Shown: positions 1 through 1,197 of the stretch, one piece after another
Numbering within the stretch: position 1 is the stretch's first letter
How the letters are laid out: each line of letters opens with the position of its first letter
Source: a phage
Length of the DNA: 1,197 nt
Strand: one strand, 5' to 3'
Sequence record: OR846211.1
Translations under genes and position numbers: made by a program
The notes under the pieces: model-generated
The model's input: the letters and a program-made list of their open reading frames with translations, nothing else
Told to the model about the DNA's origin: nothing
Databases searched by the model: none

Positions 1-705
1 TTTATAAGGAGGGATAAAGGCAGTCATCACCTCTTCTTTGAGTTTTCCGTCTGACCATGCCTGAGCGGCACGCTGATGCGAACGGTGCGCTAATGCATCT
101 TGCTGTTCTCGGGTGATGCCGTAGGTTTTCGCCATTTGCTCTGCAGTGTCGCCCATCCGCAAGCCGGTAGAATATTCTGCTACCGCAGGTGGTACGGGCA
201 TTAAGTCGCGCAAACGCAGGCGAGAGAAGAGTTTCAGACGCTGGCTCATTGTGCGGGCTTTGTTGACATCAACCAGCACGCGCGCCAGTTTTTTACTGAC
301 GCCAATTGGCAATACCGAAGAGGAATCTGCCCCACCGGCAATCCCCGCTCGGATAGTCCCCGCCATCAGGCTTTCTACGACGTTTGCAACCGCCTGGAAA
401 CTGGTAGCGCAAGCGCGGCTGACGCTGTAAGCATCGGTATGCACATTCATTCCAGTACCGAGAACAATTTCACGCGCAATGTTGGGAGCTTCAGGCATTT
501 GTACGACCTGACCAAAGACCAGTTGTTCAATCACTTCGGCGGGGATCTCGCTGCGTGCCAGCAGTTCGCCTACCACCATCTTCCCTAAATCAACCGCGGG
601 AATGCCATGAAAAGCCGTCGCCTGGCGGGCAAAAGGCGTACGTAAACCGCTAACAATGGCGATACGATCGCCCTGGCGGGTAACCAGCGGTAAAACCTGA
701 CCCAT
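1..705 (-). CDS. fadI: 3-ketoacyl-CoA thiolase FadI (anaerobic fatty-acid beta-oxidation), 5' portion only: N-terminal 235 codons, truncated at the window's left edge
   Basis: Hand translation of the minus strand from ATG (plus 705..703) gives [235 protein letters not shown] with no stop through position 1. This matches my recollection of E. coli FadI (YfcY) and includes the thiolase nucleophile motif SRACATS (Cys99, codon at plus 409..411). A Shine-Dalgarno sequence lies just upstream. No database search was possible. Confidence 0.93.
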   Translation of the reverse strand, partial: MGQVLPLVTRQGDRIAIVSGLRTPFARQATAFHGIPAVDLGKMVVGELLARSEIPAEVIEQLVFGQVVQMPEAPNIAREIVLGTGMNVHTDAYSVSRACATSFQAVANVVESLMAGTIRAGIAGGADSSSVLPIGVSKKLARVLVDVNKARTMSQRLKLFSRLRLRDLMPVPPAVAEYSTGLRMGDTAEQMAKTYGITREQQDALAHRSHQRAAQAWSDGKLKEEVMTAFIPPYK

Positions 706-709
706 AACA

Positions 710-716
710 CTCCCCT
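710..716 (-). promoter_or_regulatory. Ribosome-binding site (Shine-Dalgarno AGGGGAG) for fadI
   Basis: Minus strand reads ...TTACAGGGGAGTGTT-ATG; the purine-rich AGGGGAG sits 4 nt upstream of the fadI ATG. Confidence 0.6.
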
Positions 717-731
717 GTAAAAAAATAAATA

Positions 732-748
732 AAGTGGTCTGACCTGAT
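732..748. promoter_or_regulatory. FadR operator (fatty-acid degradation repressor binding site) in the fadI promoter region
   Basis: Plus strand 732..748 = AAGTGGTCTGACCTGAT. Against the FadR consensus as I recall it (AACTGGTCNGACCTGTT), 14 of 16 specified positions match, including the palindromic core TGGTCNGACC. It lies 27-43 bp upstream of the fadI start codon, in the position expected for a repressor operator over the -10/+1 region. Confidence 0.7.
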
Positions 749-781
749 CATAGTCTTAACCATTTTTTTACATTTAGTCAA
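747..781 (-). promoter_or_regulatory. Candidate sigma70 promoter of fadI (exact hexamers ambiguous)
   Basis: Minus strand reads cTTGACTaaatgtaaaaaaatggtTAAGACTATGATcagg. TTGACT (plus 776..781) is a good -35, followed after 17 bp by a weak -10, TAAGAC (753..758). Alternatively TATGAT (747..752) is a good -10 but lacks a good -35 at 16-18 bp. An A-tract lies between them. The transcription start cannot be fixed from sequence alone. Confidence 0.35.
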
Positions 782-825
782 GCGGAGAAAAGGGAAATTG
801 GGAGCTATGACACAGTGAAGACAGG

Positions 826-867
826 AGAAAGAAAAGAAAACGCCCCTACCTGTTGCTGGCAGGAGCG
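826..867 (-). terminator. Probable rho-independent terminator of yfcZ
   Basis: Minus-strand RNA downstream of the yfcZ stop: CGCUCCUG (867..860), loop CCAGCAACAGG, UAGGGGCG (848..841), able to form a GC-rich hairpin of about 8 bp including 2 G-U pairs, or a nested CCUG/CAGG stem. It is immediately followed by the U-rich run UUUUCUUUUCUUUCU (840..826), beginning 18 nt after the stop codon. Confidence 0.5.
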
Positions 868-884
868 TACTTATCCGAGAGGAA

Positions 885-1169
885 TTAACGCAGACCCAGC
901 TGGAAGATCAGCATTTCAGCTTCGCAGGCAAAAGTGAAATCGATATCCAGGCGCACACCATCAGACTCTTCAGTGAAAGTCGGGGAGATTTTGCACGGTT
1001 CGGATTCCACGCTACGGGCTTTCTCAGTCAGCGCCGCCAGCGTTTGTTCTGCTTCTGCGCGGTTTGCAAACACGCGGCTGTAAGACGCTGTGCAGTCGGA
1101 GTTGTCCATAATGGTGCCAACATCCATACAGCAGCAAACCGGGGTTTCATCAGCACTACATTTACTCAT
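885..1169 (-). CDS. yfcZ: Small acidic cysteine-rich protein YfcZ (UPF0381/DUF406 family), function unknown, 94 aa
   Basis: Minus-strand ORF from ATG (plus 1169..1167) to TAA (plus 887..885) encodes MSKCSADETPVCCCMDVGTIMDNSDCTASYSRVFANRAEAEQTLAALTEKARSVESEPCKISPTFTEESDGVRLDIDFTFACEAEMLIFQLGLR. This matches my recollection of E. coli YfcZ, which lies between fadL and fadI. The ATG has a well-spaced Shine-Dalgarno sequence. The 102-aa version in the ORF track starts at an upstream GTG (1193) and is not preferred. Confidence 0.88.
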   Translation of the reverse strand: MSKCSADETPVCCCMDVGTIMDNSDCTASYSRVFANRAEAEQTLAALTEKARSVESEPCKISPTFTEESDGVRLDIDFTFACEAEMLIFQLGLR

Positions 1170-1177
1170 CGTTGATT

Positions 1178-1182
1178 TCCTC
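1178..1182 (-). promoter_or_regulatory. Ribosome-binding site (Shine-Dalgarno GAGGA) for yfcZ
   Basis: Minus strand reads ACAGAGGAAATCAACG-ATG; GAGGA is 8 nt upstream of the ATG at 1169. Confidence 0.6.
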
Positions 1183-1197
1183 TGTATGTGCACCCAA

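Noticed and set aside
146-430. 94-aa plus-strand ORF from the six-frame track ([16 protein letters not shown]...)
   Set aside because: It lies entirely antisense within the fadI coding region, whose minus-strand translation is continuous and recognisable. It has no convincing Shine-Dalgarno sequence, and its arginine/serine-rich, low-complexity product is typical of spurious antisense frames in GC-rich coding DNA.
746-749. Dam GATC site overlapping the FadR operator and candidate -10
   Set aside because: GATC occurs at least three more times in this window (544..547, 666..669, 906..909), so the overlap is expected by chance and there is no clustered-GATC signature of methylation-dependent regulation.
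781-805. Purine-rich tract agcggagaaaagggaaattgggagc between the yfcZ terminator and the fadI -35
   Set aside because: It has no repeat structure, no ORF and no recognisable motif. It is most simply spacer or upstream-element DNA.
806-820. Short inverted repeat CACAGTG within tgacacagtgaagaca, considered as a possible CRP or other regulator site
   Set aside because: The arms are only 3 bp, and no TGTGA-N6-TCACA pattern is present on either strand of the intergenic region. It is indistinguishable from chance.
1170-1193. Upstream GTG start giving the 102-aa version of the yfcZ ORF (MHIQRKST-MSKC...)
   Set aside because: The extension would have to be translated through the Shine-Dalgarno sequence (GAGGA, 1178..1182) that is ideally spaced for the ATG at 1169, and that ATG gives the 94-aa length I recall for YfcZ.
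1-1197. Possibility that the window hides a previously undescribed system such as a defence island, toxin-antitoxin pair or mobile element
   Set aside because: Coding capacity is fully explained by fadI and yfcZ, and the intergenic region by standard promoter, operator and terminator elements. Nothing is left over to support such a claim.

Overview
This window reads as a conserved enterobacterial (Escherichia coli-like) core-genome locus, not a novel system. Both genes are on the minus strand. Positions 1..705 encode the N-terminal 235 codons of the anaerobic beta-oxidation thiolase FadI, running off the window's left edge; I translated every codon by hand and the frame is uninterrupted. Positions 885..1169 encode the 94-aa cysteine-rich protein YfcZ (UPF0381/DUF406 family, function unknown). 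The 179-bp intergenic region (706..884) carries a likely intrinsic terminator for yfcZ, the fadI promoter region, a strong FadR-operator match (AAGTGGTCTGACCTGAT, 732..748) and the fadI ribosome-binding site. I see no mobile element, CRISPR array, RNA gene or unexplained coding capacity. Gene identities come from my recollection of the E. coli proteins, not from a database search, so they should be confirmed by alignment.
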